Shown one piece after another: positions 31,495 through 40,192 of a stretch of 64,000 nucleotides of DNA (position 1 is its first letter; each line of letters begins with the position of its first letter). Below the pieces are notes generated by a model that searched no databases, was not told the origin of the DNA, and was given only the letters and a program-made list of their open reading frames with translations. The position numbers and the translations under genes are program-made. This stretch comes from Minisyncoccota bacterium (lineage in GTDB: Bacteria > Patescibacteriota > Minisyncoccia > Phycocordibacterales > Phycocordibacteraceae). The DNA lies in assembly GCA_036405415.1 (NCBI GenBank), contig DASWXP010000002.1:272351-336350 (forward strand). The letters run 5' to 3'.

Positions 31495-32649
31495 ATGCAT
31501 CCCCGTCTCGTTCTTTCTACAGGCAACTTCTTCAGCGCGATGTACTTCGCGCTCGTGCTTGTCATCGCGGCGCCGTACCTCGCGCTCTTTTTGCCTGAAT
31601 CGCAGGTAGGGCTCGTGATATCGTTCGGCGCGCTCCTCACGCTCTTCGTGTTCCCGTTCGTGCCGCGGCTCGTGCGCAGATGCTCTTCAAGGACGCTTGC
31701 CATAACGTTCGCGTTCTCGCAGGCAGTGCTCCTTTCCGTGCTCGCCGCAGCGCCTGCGCCGTTGTTCGCGATCATCTGCATCGCGCTCATATTCGCCATC
31801 GCGCCCTTCATCTCCTATCAGCTCGACCTTCTCCTTGAGTGCGCGAGTACCGATGAGAGCTCTGCGGGCAGGGTCCGTACGCTATTCATAACGGCCGCGA
31901 GCCTCGCATACGTGGCTGCGCCGCTCCTGGTCGCGTTTCTCATAGACGGCACCGATGCGTACTGGAAGATTTTCCTTGCTGCGGCCCTCTCGCTTACCCC
32001 GTTCATCGCGCTTCTCATGTTCGAGAAACTCCCTGAGGGTGAGCCGCCCGAGCTGCACGCGATGCTCGCCACCTGCTCGTGCCTCTGGAAGGATAAGGAC
32101 CTAAGGGCCGCGACGCTCGCGGGCGCAGTACTGCAGTTCTTCTTCCACCTTGCGCCCCTCTATATCCCGCTCTACCTCCACACGGTCCTCGGGTTCCCCT
32201 GGGACGAGCTCGGCTGGATATTCGCGCTCATGATCGTACCGTTCCTGTTCGTAGAGTACCCTGCCGGCTATATCGCGGACCGCTGGATCGGAGACAAGGA
32301 GCTCCTCATCGCAGGGATCGTGATCATGGGTGCCGCATTCGCAGCTATCGGATTCATCACCGCGACGACGCCGCTCTTCGTTATCGCGGCGATACTGTTC
32401 GTAAGCCGCATCGGTGCGGCGCTCGTGGAAGCCATGACCGAAGGCCACTTCTTCAGGAGGGTCTCGGGGCAGGACGTGACCACCATAAGCCTGTTCCGCA
32501 TGACGCGTCCTTTCGGCGCGCTTGTCGCTCCCCTGTTCGCGAGCGCACTTCTCCTCAGCGGGAACTTCCTTCTCTTCTTCCTCGTCTCAGGTGCGCTCAT
32601 AGTCGCGCTCGGCATCGTGTTCACGATTCCGCTTAAGGACGTGCACTAG
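31495..32649 (+). CDS. MFS transporter
   Basis: ~12 TMs, PAGYIADRWIG motif. Confidence 0.85.
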   Translation: MHPRLVLSTGNFFSAMYFALVLVIAAPYLALFLPESQVGLVISFGALLTLFVFPFVPRLVRRCSSRTLAITFAFSQAVLLSVLAAAPAPLFAIICIALIFAIAPFISYQLDLLLECASTDESSAGRVRTLFITAASLAYVAAPLLVAFLIDGTDAYWKIFLAAALSLTPFIALLMFEKLPEGEPPELHAMLATCSCLWKDKDLRAATLAGAVLQFFFHLAPLYIPLYLHTVLGFPWDELGWIFALMIVPFLFVEYPAGYIADRWIGDKELLIAGIVIMGAAFAAIGFITATTPLFVIAAILFVSRIGAALVEAMTEGHFFRRVSGQDVTTISLFRMTRPFGALVAPLFASALLLSGNFLLFFLVSGALIVALGIVFTIPLKDVH

Positions 32650-33455
32650 CTCGGGAGCCTATAGATTCCTCGTACCTTTTCTATAAGCCCTTCCTTAAAG
32701 AGCTTTTTCAGCTGTTCCGCTACCTGCTCCTTCCGGTCCGGACCGAGGATGCCAGCGAGGTACGCTTGTTTCTCGGGTTTCTTTGCAAGCGCACGCAGTA
32801 TCGCGCCACGAGCTTCGCGTCCTGAACCGCGGAACGTTGGTTGCTTCGCATAGGTCGCGCTCTTCGCGTTTATGCGCACGCCCGTGCGCTTGAGGTATGA
32901 TCCGTAATCCATGAGCGCTGCGTACCATCTGCGCGCTTCTCCCTCAGGAAGCGCTTTCTCAAGTATCGCGAGCACCTCGGCATCTCGTACTTTTTCCTCG
33001 TTCGGGAAGAAATGGTGCATCACCGCGGTACGCAGGTTCGTCTCCACGAACACTACGTCCTGGTTCCAGGCGAACGCGGCGACGGCGCGCGCGGTATAGT
33101 GCCCGATGCCCGGCAAAGACTCCAGCTTTGCGATGTCTTTGGGAATCTTTCCCTCGTATTCGCGAACCACGGCCTTCGCCGCTCCATGCAGCATCTTCGC
33201 CCTGCGGTTGTACCCGAGTCCCTGCCACTTCTGTAGCACGCGTGACAGCGGAGCGCTTGCAAGCGCTGAAACGTCCGGGAACGCTTCGAGGAACGCGTCA
33301 TAGAACGGGATCACCCGCTCCACCTGCGTCTGCTGGAGCATTATCTCGGACACGAGGATGCGATACGGGTCGCGCGACTTGCGCCACGGCAGGTGCGTCC
33401 TGCCGTCTTTCTCGTACCAGCCGAGTACGTGGTCCCTAAACCGCTTCGGCGTCAT
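32646..33455 (-). CDS. mutY: A/G-specific adenine glycosylase MutY (short)
   Basis: LPWR, VSEIMLQQTQV, WQGLGYNRRA, LPGIGHYTA. Confidence 0.92.
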   Translation of the reverse strand: MTPKRFRDHVLGWYEKDGRTHLPWRKSRDPYRILVSEIMLQQTQVERVIPFYDAFLEAFPDVSALASAPLSRVLQKWQGLGYNRRAKMLHGAAKAVVREYEGKIPKDIAKLESLPGIGHYTARAVAAFAWNQDVVFVETNLRTAVMHHFFPNEEKVRDAEVLAILEKALPEGEARRWYAALMDYGSYLKRTGVRINAKSATYAKQPTFRGSGREARGAILRALAKKPEKQAYLAGILGPDRKEQVAEQLKKLFKEGLIEKVRGIYRLPS

Positions 33456-33675
33456 CGTTCCCCTTCTCTGCTGCCGGCGCTACGAGGGCAGCCTCAGGGA
33501 CGATTATGACCGCAAGCACGTATCCGACGATTCCGGGAACGAAGCCGGTGAAGACCGTGAGGATGAGGTACCCGAGGCGTAGCAGCACCGGGTCTACCCC
33601 GAAGAATTCGCCGAGTCCGCCCATTACGCCGGCGATCATGCGATTCGTGCGGCTCCTGTAGAGTTTCTTTTCCAT
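33436..33675 (-). CDS. PspC-domain protein
   Basis: KKLYRSRTNRMIAGVMGGLGEFFGVDP. Confidence 0.92.
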   Translation of the reverse strand: MEKKLYRSRTNRMIAGVMGGLGEFFGVDPVLLRLGYLILTVFTGFVPGIVGYVLAVIIVPEAALVAPAAEKGNDDAEAV

Positions 33676-33691
33676 ATGTAGGAAGTATAGC

Positions 33692-33925
33692 AAAACCCCC
33701 TCCAGGCCGGAGCCAGGAGGGGGAGGTCGTAGTTCCATGGGAACGAAGCGACGGGTGGTTTAGCTAGGGATCAGAGCAACTAAAGAGGGTGCCCCCTCAA
33801 ACCGTAGGGTACAGCCTGTGAGGCCTTCACCACATGGCGTTGGTTGTTTTGTGCAGCTTAGGCGCGGACGCCTTCACATGCTCCCTTCTCGAGAAACCAA
33901 GCTACGCCCGCACGGAACCAGGACC
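33692..33925 (-). ncRNA. Unidentified ~200-nt structured ncRNA with own promoter and terminator
   Basis: TTGACG-17-TAAAGT (33960-33932); 5' GGTCCTGGTTCCGTG pairs with 3' CATGGAACTACGACC; terminator 33692-33723; no credible ORF. Confidence 0.7.
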
Positions 33926-33960
33926 AGCAGCACTTTACTAGTTTCAGAAAGGTACGTCAA

Positions 33961-34632
33961 TTACTTCGCCTTCGGCCACCTCCCTGCCGCAGGAGGCCAG
34001 AGCTTCGTGAGCGGATGGTCCTCGCAGGGATGCGGGAGCGCTGGGCACACGTACCGGCCGTAGAGCACCAGGCCGTTGTTCACGTACTTCCAGTCCTTCT
34101 TCGGGATAAGCGCTTCCAGGTCCTTTGATATCTTCGTGAGCTCGGTCCGGTCTGTAAGGTCGAACTTGAGCGCGAACCGGCGTACGTGCGTATCCGTGGG
34201 GATTCCCTCCCATACGTCATGAAGCTCTCCTAATATCACGTGGGCAGTCTTATATGCGATTCCCGGAAGCGTCACGAGCTCAGCCTCGGTCTTCGGTATC
34301 CTTCCCTTGAATTGGTCCCGGACTATCTTCGCTGTCGCGAGGATGTGCCGCGCCTTGTTCTGATAGAACGTAATCGAGGATATCTGCTTCGTGAAGGTCG
34401 CAAGGTCCGCGTCCGCGAAATCATTCACGCTCTTGTACTGCTTGAAGAGGCTCTCCGTTACCAGGTTCACGCGCTTGTCGGTAGACTGCGCTGACAGCAT
34501 CACGGCCGTAACGAGCTGGAACGGGGTCTTGTAGCTGAGTTCCGTCTCAGGAACCGGATAGGTCTTCTTGAGATATGAAAGTATCTTCTTGGCGCGTGCC
34601 GTGCGCTCTTCGCGGATTGAGGCCTTAGGCAT
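33961..34632 (-). CDS. nth: Endonuclease III
   Basis: LSAQSTDKRVN, LPGIAYKTA HhH, DTHV. Confidence 0.92.
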   Translation of the reverse strand: MPKASIREERTARAKKILSYLKKTYPVPETELSYKTPFQLVTAVMLSAQSTDKRVNLVTESLFKQYKSVNDFADADLATFTKQISSITFYQNKARHILATAKIVRDQFKGRIPKTEAELVTLPGIAYKTAHVILGELHDVWEGIPTDTHVRRFALKFDLTDRTELTKISKDLEALIPKKDWKYVNNGLVLYGRYVCPALPHPCEDHPLTKLWPPAAGRWPKAK

Positions 34633-35092
34633 GGCTCTTGAGGTACAGGAGCACCTCGTCGGCATGCTTCTCGGGCTTCACGTTCTCGAACACGGTCTCG
34701 ATGTTCCCGTCTCGGCCGATAAGGAACGAGGTGCGGAACACGCCGTCGTACTCGCGACCCATGAACTTCTTCCTGCCCCAGACGCCGTACGCGTCAGCAA
34801 CCCTATGTCCTTCGTCCGCAAGGAGCGTGAACGGAAGCCCGTACTTCTCTGCGAACTTCTTGTGGCTTTTGACCGAGTCCGGCGATATCCCGAACACGAT
34901 GGCGTCGAGCTTAGCTAGATCCGGCATCGCGTCACGCAGCGCGCACGCCTGCTTCGTGCAACCTGGCGTATCGTCTTTTGGATAGAAATAGAGGAGCACT
35001 CGTGTTCCTGTGTGCGTCGAGAGTGTGTGCGATACGCCGTCCTGGTCGAGGAGCGTGAAATCAGGCGCCGAGGTCCCAGGTGCAGGCAGCAT
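34625..35092 (-). CDS. bcp: Thioredoxin-dependent thiol peroxidase Bcp
   Basis: YFYPKDDTPGCTKQAC, RTSFLIG. Confidence 0.95.
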   Translation of the reverse strand: MLPAPGTSAPDFTLLDQDGVSHTLSTHTGTRVLLYFYPKDDTPGCTKQACALRDAMPDLAKLDAIVFGISPDSVKSHKKFAEKYGLPFTLLADEGHRVADAYGVWGRKKFMGREYDGVFRTSFLIGRDGNIETVFENVKPEKHADEVLLYLKSHA

Positions 35093-35093
35093 G

Positions 35094-36257
35094 TTAGAGG
35101 CTTTCCGTATCAAGCGCATCGGTGCGCGAGAACGCGAAGCGGTACGCGATAGCGACGATGGCGCCCGTAGCCGCAAGGAACAGGACGAAGAGTATGAGCT
35201 TGCCAATAACCGGCACCATACCTACGAGGCTGAGCACGAGCATGCCGAGGATCGCGAGCTTCCAGGTAACCTGCTCCTGCTTCAGGAGCCCCCTGCTGAG
35301 CGCTGCGCCCGCGATCACGCCCGCGTACAGGTATCCGAGCATAAGGAGGAGCAGATACGCGACAAGAATCAGGAACGCAACCGCCATGCCCACGAACGAG
35401 ACCAGGAGCAGGATGATGAACACGGGTGCAGCGAATACGACCGCAAACCCGAGGAGCGCCAAGAGCGCGAACTTGCCCGGAGAGCGCGCGAGCGTGCGAT
35501 CCGCCACCCGCTGCGAGAACTCAGGGAAGAGGCCCGCAAGGAGCGCTGTACCGATAAGGAGCGATATGATGCGCACGACGAGGAACACTCCTGCGCCTGC
35601 GATCGCGAATGTCTGCGCTTCTTCCACGCTTGGAAGGTATGAAGACGCGCCCGTATAGAAAACGCCTCCGGTAACGGTCGCGGTCGCGGGGATACCCGCT
35701 TCCTGCGGCGCGTCGTACCGGAGCTCACCTGCGATAACCGTACCTTCCGCTAGCGTGAGCCGGTCGGTCGCGAGCACCTCGACGTCACCCTGAAAGATTC
35801 CGGAGAGCTGGATGTCCGAGCCGTAGACAACGGTCTTCGCGCCGCCACCGTTCATGCGCACGGTGCCGCCGAGGATGCGCGTCTCCAGAGCTGAGGAAGA
35901 CGCTATTACGGTTCCTCCTGCAAGGACGAGGTCTCCGGTTACCGGACCGGTTACGGATACCTGCGCGCCGAGCGCACGAACATCGCCCTGAACCGGGCGC
36001 TCGATTGTTACGGTGCCGCCCGCGACAAGCACGTCCCCTTCGACAGGACCCGCGACAGTAAGCGTGCCGGCAGCGCCCACGATATCCGCCGAAAGCGGAG
36101 CTACGACCGCCACATCGGTCCCTGCCACATAGGCATTGCCTTCAGGAACCTCTGAAATGACGAGGGAGCGGGCGTTCCAGAACGTGGCTGCGGATACGTC
36201 CGCCGGGAAAAGCGCGCTTACGAGGAGGATGACCGCGAGGAATCTGAAGCAGGCCAT
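35094..36257 (-). CDS. Membrane protein with bactofilin-like beta-helix repeats
   Basis: Signal peptide, repeats (VEGDVLVAGG, VQGDVRALG, VTGDLVLAGG), C-terminal TMs. Confidence 0.7.
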   Translation of the reverse strand: MACFRFLAVILLVSALFPADVSAATFWNARSLVISEVPEGNAYVAGTDVAVVAPLSADIVGAAGTLTVAGPVEGDVLVAGGTVTIERPVQGDVRALGAQVSVTGPVTGDLVLAGGTVIASSSALETRILGGTVRMNGGGAKTVVYGSDIQLSGIFQGDVEVLATDRLTLAEGTVIAGELRYDAPQEAGIPATATVTGGVFYTGASSYLPSVEEAQTFAIAGAGVFLVVRIISLLIGTALLAGLFPEFSQRVADRTLARSPGKFALLALLGFAVVFAAPVFIILLLVSFVGMAVAFLILVAYLLLLMLGYLYAGVIAGAALSRGLLKQEQVTWKLAILGMLVLSLVGMVPVIGKLILFVLFLAATGAIVAIAYRFAFSRTDALDTESL

Positions 36258-36294
36258 GATGCCGCCATCATACCACGGGGCCCCAGGCGTCAAC

Positions 36295-36747
36295 CTAGAG
36301 CACCGGAATGAGCTTCACGGGCGCGTGCCGGGTCCAGAGGACGTGGACTGCGGCAAGGACAAGGAACGCGATGAGCGCCGAGAAGAGGCAGTAGATGCAG
36401 AGCGCCTTGATGAGCGCGAACTGGATGAACACGAACACGAGTGATGCTGCGGCCCCGAACCAGGCGAGCGCGTACAAGGCGCTGAACAAGATGCGCTTCG
36501 GAAGGATGAATATGCCGAGCGCGAGCGTGAACATGAGCGCGAAGAACCCGACGCCATACAAGGCGAGCGGGAGCCCGAGGAGCTGCGAATACGGGCTCTG
36601 CGCGACGATATTGCAGCCGTCGAGCGCGCCGCCGATGTCGCAGGTGAGCGCAGTGTCGGTAACCGCGCTCTGGAAGAGGTACCAGGAGTCCGCCATGCCA
36701 AGGAACGAGAGCGCGATCACGATCGCAAGCAAGGTGGTGCGGTTCAT
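36295..36747 (-). CDS. Vitamin K epoxide reductase (VKOR) family protein
   Basis: C..C loop (CDI...GCNIVAQSPYS), CIYC. Confidence 0.92.
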   Translation of the reverse strand: MNRTTLLAIVIALSFLGMADSWYLFQSAVTDTALTCDIGGALDGCNIVAQSPYSQLLGLPLALYGVGFFALMFTLALGIFILPKRILFSALYALAWFGAAASLVFVFIQFALIKALCIYCLFSALIAFLVLAAVHVLWTRHAPVKLIPVL

Positions 36748-36813
36748 GGTCATAATCCTACCCCGCCCCCGCCCGTACCGGCAACCTTCATATAAAGGCG
36801 CTACTATGAGCCT

Positions 36814-37200
36814 ATGGAAAAGACCGAACAGGAATGGAAAGAGACGCTGAGCCCCGAGGAATACCGGGTGCTCCGGGAATCAGGCACCGAGGCGCCGTTC
36901 GCAGGAAAATACGTGGACAATCATGAGGATGGCACATACCGCTGCAAAGCGTGCGGCACTGTGCTGTTCTCTTCAGAAACCAAGTTCGATTCAGGGAGCG
37001 GCTGGCCGTCGTTCACAGACCCCGCCGTAGCGGAGAACGTCGGGACCCGTGAGGACGAGAGCCTTGGCATGCGCCGCACGGAAGTCTTCTGCAGGAACTG
37101 TGGGAGCCATCTGGGCCACGTGTTTGACGACGGCCCTAAGAAAGCGGGCGGAAAACGGTATTGCATCAATTCCATCGCGCTCGATTTCGAGAAGCAGTAG
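36814..37200 (+). CDS. msrB: Peptide-methionine (R)-S-oxide reductase
   Basis: GTEAPF, KFDSGSGWPSF, HLGHVFDDGP, RYCINS. Confidence 0.98.
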   Translation: MEKTEQEWKETLSPEEYRVLRESGTEAPFAGKYVDNHEDGTYRCKACGTVLFSSETKFDSGSGWPSFTDPAVAENVGTREDESLGMRRTEVFCRNCGSHLGHVFDDGPKKAGGKRYCINSIALDFEKQ

Positions 37201-37416
37201 CTTCATGAATGCTCCATGCGGTATCTGCGAAGATGCACGAGTAGCAAGTAACCCTGACATTTCGTATGGCTGATGCAGATGAGCTTGAGCGTGACGCGGA
37301 TCGCGAAGAGGAACGGGCCGGCGCGCACACCGAGAGCGCGGAACTCCTTCGCAGGCAGGCTGAGGAGCAGCGCGAGGACGAGAGGCGCGAAGAGGAAGCG
37401 CACGAAGATTAAATAT

Positions 37417-37458
37417 AAAAAGATGTGAGCCCGACCGGAATCCGGTCGGGCTCATCTT
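37417..37458 (-). terminator. Terminator after gcrA
   Basis: GAGCCCGACCGGA-a-TCCGGTCGGGCTC long stem with U-tract on minus strand. Confidence 0.8.
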
Positions 37459-37462
37459 GGTC

Positions 37463-37981
37463 TCAGACGTATCGCATCGCCGAGTGCTCGAGACTCTTCG
37501 CAGCGGAGCGGACCAGCGGCTGGAATGCCACTCTCCCATGCTCGATGCAGTAGGGTCCGTGGTCCGATTTCCGTCCGCAGAACGAGAAATCGCTGCTTGC
37601 CGGATCGCCGATAGGCCACCTGCACATATGCTTGCTCAACGTGCCGAGCACAGCGGTGCCAGACAGGTCCGGAAGCACGGGCTCATCCTCGACTCTCGGC
37701 GCAGGATCAGAAGAGGTCGCAGGCGGTCGAGTGGCCGCTTTCTGAGCAGGCCGATTCTGTGTGCTTTTTTTCACGCGCGACCTTCCATCACTGAAGGTTG
37801 TGCGAGCCGGCTGTGACGGAGTAGCGCGCCCGGAAAGCCCGAGGCGATGCACTTTTCCGATAACGGCGTTACGCGTTATGCCTGCGCCGAGCTGCCTGGA
37901 GATCTCAGTCGCAGACTGGCCCTCAAGCCAGAGCTTCTTCAAAGTCGAGACACGATCCTGGGTCCAGCCATCGTTTACCAT
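37463..37981 (-). CDS. gcrA: GcrA-family cell cycle regulator
   Basis: WTQDRVSTLKKLWLEGQSATEISRQLG...TRNAVIGKVHRLGLSGR and CRWPIGDP...FCG...PYCIEH; AAGGAGG SD. Confidence 0.93.
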   Translation of the reverse strand: MVNDGWTQDRVSTLKKLWLEGQSATEISRQLGAGITRNAVIGKVHRLGLSGRATPSQPARTTFSDGRSRVKKSTQNRPAQKAATRPPATSSDPAPRVEDEPVLPDLSGTAVLGTLSKHMCRWPIGDPASSDFSFCGRKSDHGPYCIEHGRVAFQPLVRSAAKSLEHSAMRYV

Positions 37982-38153
37982 ATCAATGTCCTCCTTCGGG
38001 CGTGGTGCCCATCCTAATGGCTAGTATAGATGCAACCTCAACCTTAAGGCCAGGGTTCTAGAGAGTAGAGGGAAAGGACCTTGAAAGATGATATTGGCAG
38101 GGTGCCCGGCACCCTTCCCCGTTCGTGCGTATTATCCGTTCACGCATTCGCCT

Positions 38154-38378
38154 ATGGCATTTACGAAAGCCATCGGACTCGGGGTCGCCATACTCGTCCT
38201 CAAGCTCCTCCTCCCTGGAGTTCTCACCGAAATAGAACGTACGGCCGTAGCATTCCTCAAGGGAGCTACCACTTCCGCAGAAGTCGCGACGCAGCTTGCC
38301 GCAAGCGCAGGCAGCATACAGATCTCGAACGAACCGTTTGAGCTCCCGCGCGCTCCTGAAGCGAAGTACCCGTACTAA
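38154..38378 (+). CDS. Small membrane protein
   Basis: MAFTKAIGLGVAILVLKLLLP hydrophobic N-terminus; hairpin after stop. Confidence 0.6.
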   Translation: MAFTKAIGLGVAILVLKLLLPGVLTEIERTAVAFLKGATTSAEVATQLAASAGSIQISNEPFELPRAPEAKYPY

Positions 38379-38435
38379 TTGATGCAAGCCGGATCCTGGG
38401 GTCCGGCTTTGTTGTTTTCTGCTGGAAGATTAGGT

Positions 38436-38846
38436 TTAAAACCGATTCGTCTCCTCCCCTTCCCGCTCGTTGATGCTGTGCTCGTCCAGTCCGAAGTAGT
38501 GACCAACCTCGTGCCATATCGTCTCGCGCACTACGATCCGAACCGCATCCCGGAACGCGCGATCCATTTCGCTAGCCTCTTCAAGTATCGGCAGCCGGTA
38601 TAGCGTTATGGTGTCAGGAAGCGTCACGCCGTTCCCGTACTCGCTCCCGCGCTCCGTGAGCGGGATGCCGCGATAGAGTCCGAGCAGGCTCTCGCCCTCC
38701 TCAAGACCCTCGAGCTTCCGGATCTCGTCATCGACATCGTCCTCGATAAGGAGCGCGACGTTCTTCACGCGCTCCCGGAAGCGCTCCGGTATGCGCACCC
38801 ACTCTCCTTCGGCGATCTGCTCGAACTCTGCTTCGCTCATCTCCAT
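38436..38846 (-). CDS. Zincin-like metallopeptidase (Zincin_1)
   Basis: LLGLYRGIP, LPDTITLYR, HEVGHYFG. Confidence 0.9.
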   Translation of the reverse strand: MEMSEAEFEQIAEGEWVRIPERFRERVKNVALLIEDDVDDEIRKLEGLEEGESLLGLYRGIPLTERGSEYGNGVTLPDTITLYRLPILEEASEMDRAFRDAVRIVVRETIWHEVGHYFGLDEHSINEREGEETNRF

Positions 38847-38848
38847 AC

Positions 38849-39355
38849 CTAGAGCTTCCTGCTGTCGTATGCCCAATGGAGGAGCGCCTGCCTCTGGCGC
38901 GGCCTGCAGGTGTGGTCACCCTTACGGCATCCGTACTTCACCTGCGCTACGTGCCGCACCATCTGCTTCCAGCGCTTAATCTGGCGCTTGTCCTCCTCCA
39001 GGATGCGCCGGCCGCTATAGTATCGGCAGTACCACTGAAACCAGCCGCGCGGATCTTCCTCGTATATCCATCCCTTCGCGCGCCATACCGAGAGAGGCTG
39101 CGACGCGTTCACGCCGAAGTAGTTGAGTTCCTTCACATGCCGCTCGTGGCAGAGCGGAACCCCGTCGTACCAGTCCGGAAACTCGTCCTTACAGTCGGTC
39201 ATGTACTTGCCGCCGAACGCGCCGAGCTTCAATACCTCGTACGGAGTGAGGTCCGGCGTGAACTCAGGGTCGAAGTTCTTCCCTTCCGGTTCGGTGCGGA
39301 CATAGCTATACCCCTGCTGCATGAGGTCGTTCACGACCACTCTCTTTCCCGTCAT
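38849..39355 (-). CDS. Conserved hypothetical protein
   Basis: GAFGGKY, DPRGWFQWYCRY, RQRQALLHWAYD conserved-looking motifs; TACTAT 6 nt before ATG. Confidence 0.75.
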   Translation of the reverse strand: MTGKRVVVNDLMQQGYSYVRTEPEGKNFDPEFTPDLTPYEVLKLGAFGGKYMTDCKDEFPDWYDGVPLCHERHVKELNYFGVNASQPLSVWRAKGWIYEEDPRGWFQWYCRYYSGRRILEEDKRQIKRWKQMVRHVAQVKYGCRKGDHTCRPRQRQALLHWAYDSRKL

Positions 39356-39417
39356 GTCCCTATAGTACCAAAGCCGCTCCTTAAGGGAGCGGCTTTGGTC
39401 TCAACCGGTGCGAAGAG

Positions 39418-40107
39418 CTACTTGCCGAGCTCTGCCTCGATGAGTGCCTGCACGTTCGCGAACGGCTGCGCTCCTGCGAGAAGCGAGGTGCCGATGATGG
39501 TGCCCGGGGTACCGGTGATGCCGAAGGCCTGACCCTCTGCACGGCTTGCATCGATGATCTCCTGGTACTCGCTTGCCTTATCAGTGCGGAGCTTCTCTAT
39601 GCGCGCGGTATCAAGGCCGAGGCGCTGCGAGAGCGCGTCCATGCCCGCTACGTCGAGCGTACTCTCCTCATCGCCCTCGAACATGCCTGCGAACCACTCG
39701 TCCCAGCGGTCCGGGTACGCCTCCCATACGGCATGCGAGTAGAGAGCTGCATCGTTCGATGCGACACCGAGGAACTGGAAGTCCTTGTAGACGATCTTCA
39801 CGCGGTCGCCATAGGTGTCGATGACCTGCTTCAAGGTCGTCGTCTCGAACTGCTTGCAGAAATGGCACTGGTAATCGAACCAGACCACGACTACCGCCTT
39901 GGCGTTCTTGTCGCCTACGTACGGAGCATCATCGAGATTAACGTCCTTGATATCTACCGCGACAGGCTCAGCCGGCTGGCCAGCGCGGTCGCCGCCCTGG
40001 CCGAACGCGAATGCGCCGCCGATGATGAGCGCGCCTACGAGCACTGCGAGCGCGGTGCCGTACTTCTCGAAGAAGGCGCCTGTGCCAGCATTTTCCTTGG
40101 TTTCCAT
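39418..40107 (-). CDS. DsbA/BdbD-family thiol-disulfide oxidoreductase
   Basis: TM anchor, DYQCHFC, GITGTPG, GAQP. Confidence 0.92.
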   Translation of the reverse strand: METKENAGTGAFFEKYGTALAVLVGALIIGGAFAFGQGGDRAGQPAEPVAVDIKDVNLDDAPYVGDKNAKAVVVVWFDYQCHFCKQFETTTLKQVIDTYGDRVKIVYKDFQFLGVASNDAALYSHAVWEAYPDRWDEWFAGMFEGDEESTLDVAGMDALSQRLGLDTARIEKLRTDKASEYQEIIDASRAEGQAFGITGTPGTIIGTSLLAGAQPFANVQALIEAELGK

Positions 40108-40192
40108 AAGATAAGTATCTGCCCTTAATGCTATGCCCCTAAGTATACCAAAACCCCGGGACAGGCTGTCCCGGGGTTTTGGCTCCTTAGTA

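Noticed and set aside
33827-33885. ATG-TGA and ATG-TGG-TGA minigenes inside the ncRNA (minus strand)
   Set aside because: GGAG is only 1 nt from the first ATG and the second has no SD; likely chance.
37203-37403. 66-aa GTG-start ORF downstream of gcrA
   Set aside because: No clear promoter, SD or motif; could be real but unsupported.
34625-40107. bcp, VKOR, msrB and dsbA as a novel redox system
   Set aside because: Known families, not one operon; VKOR-DsbA pairing is established.
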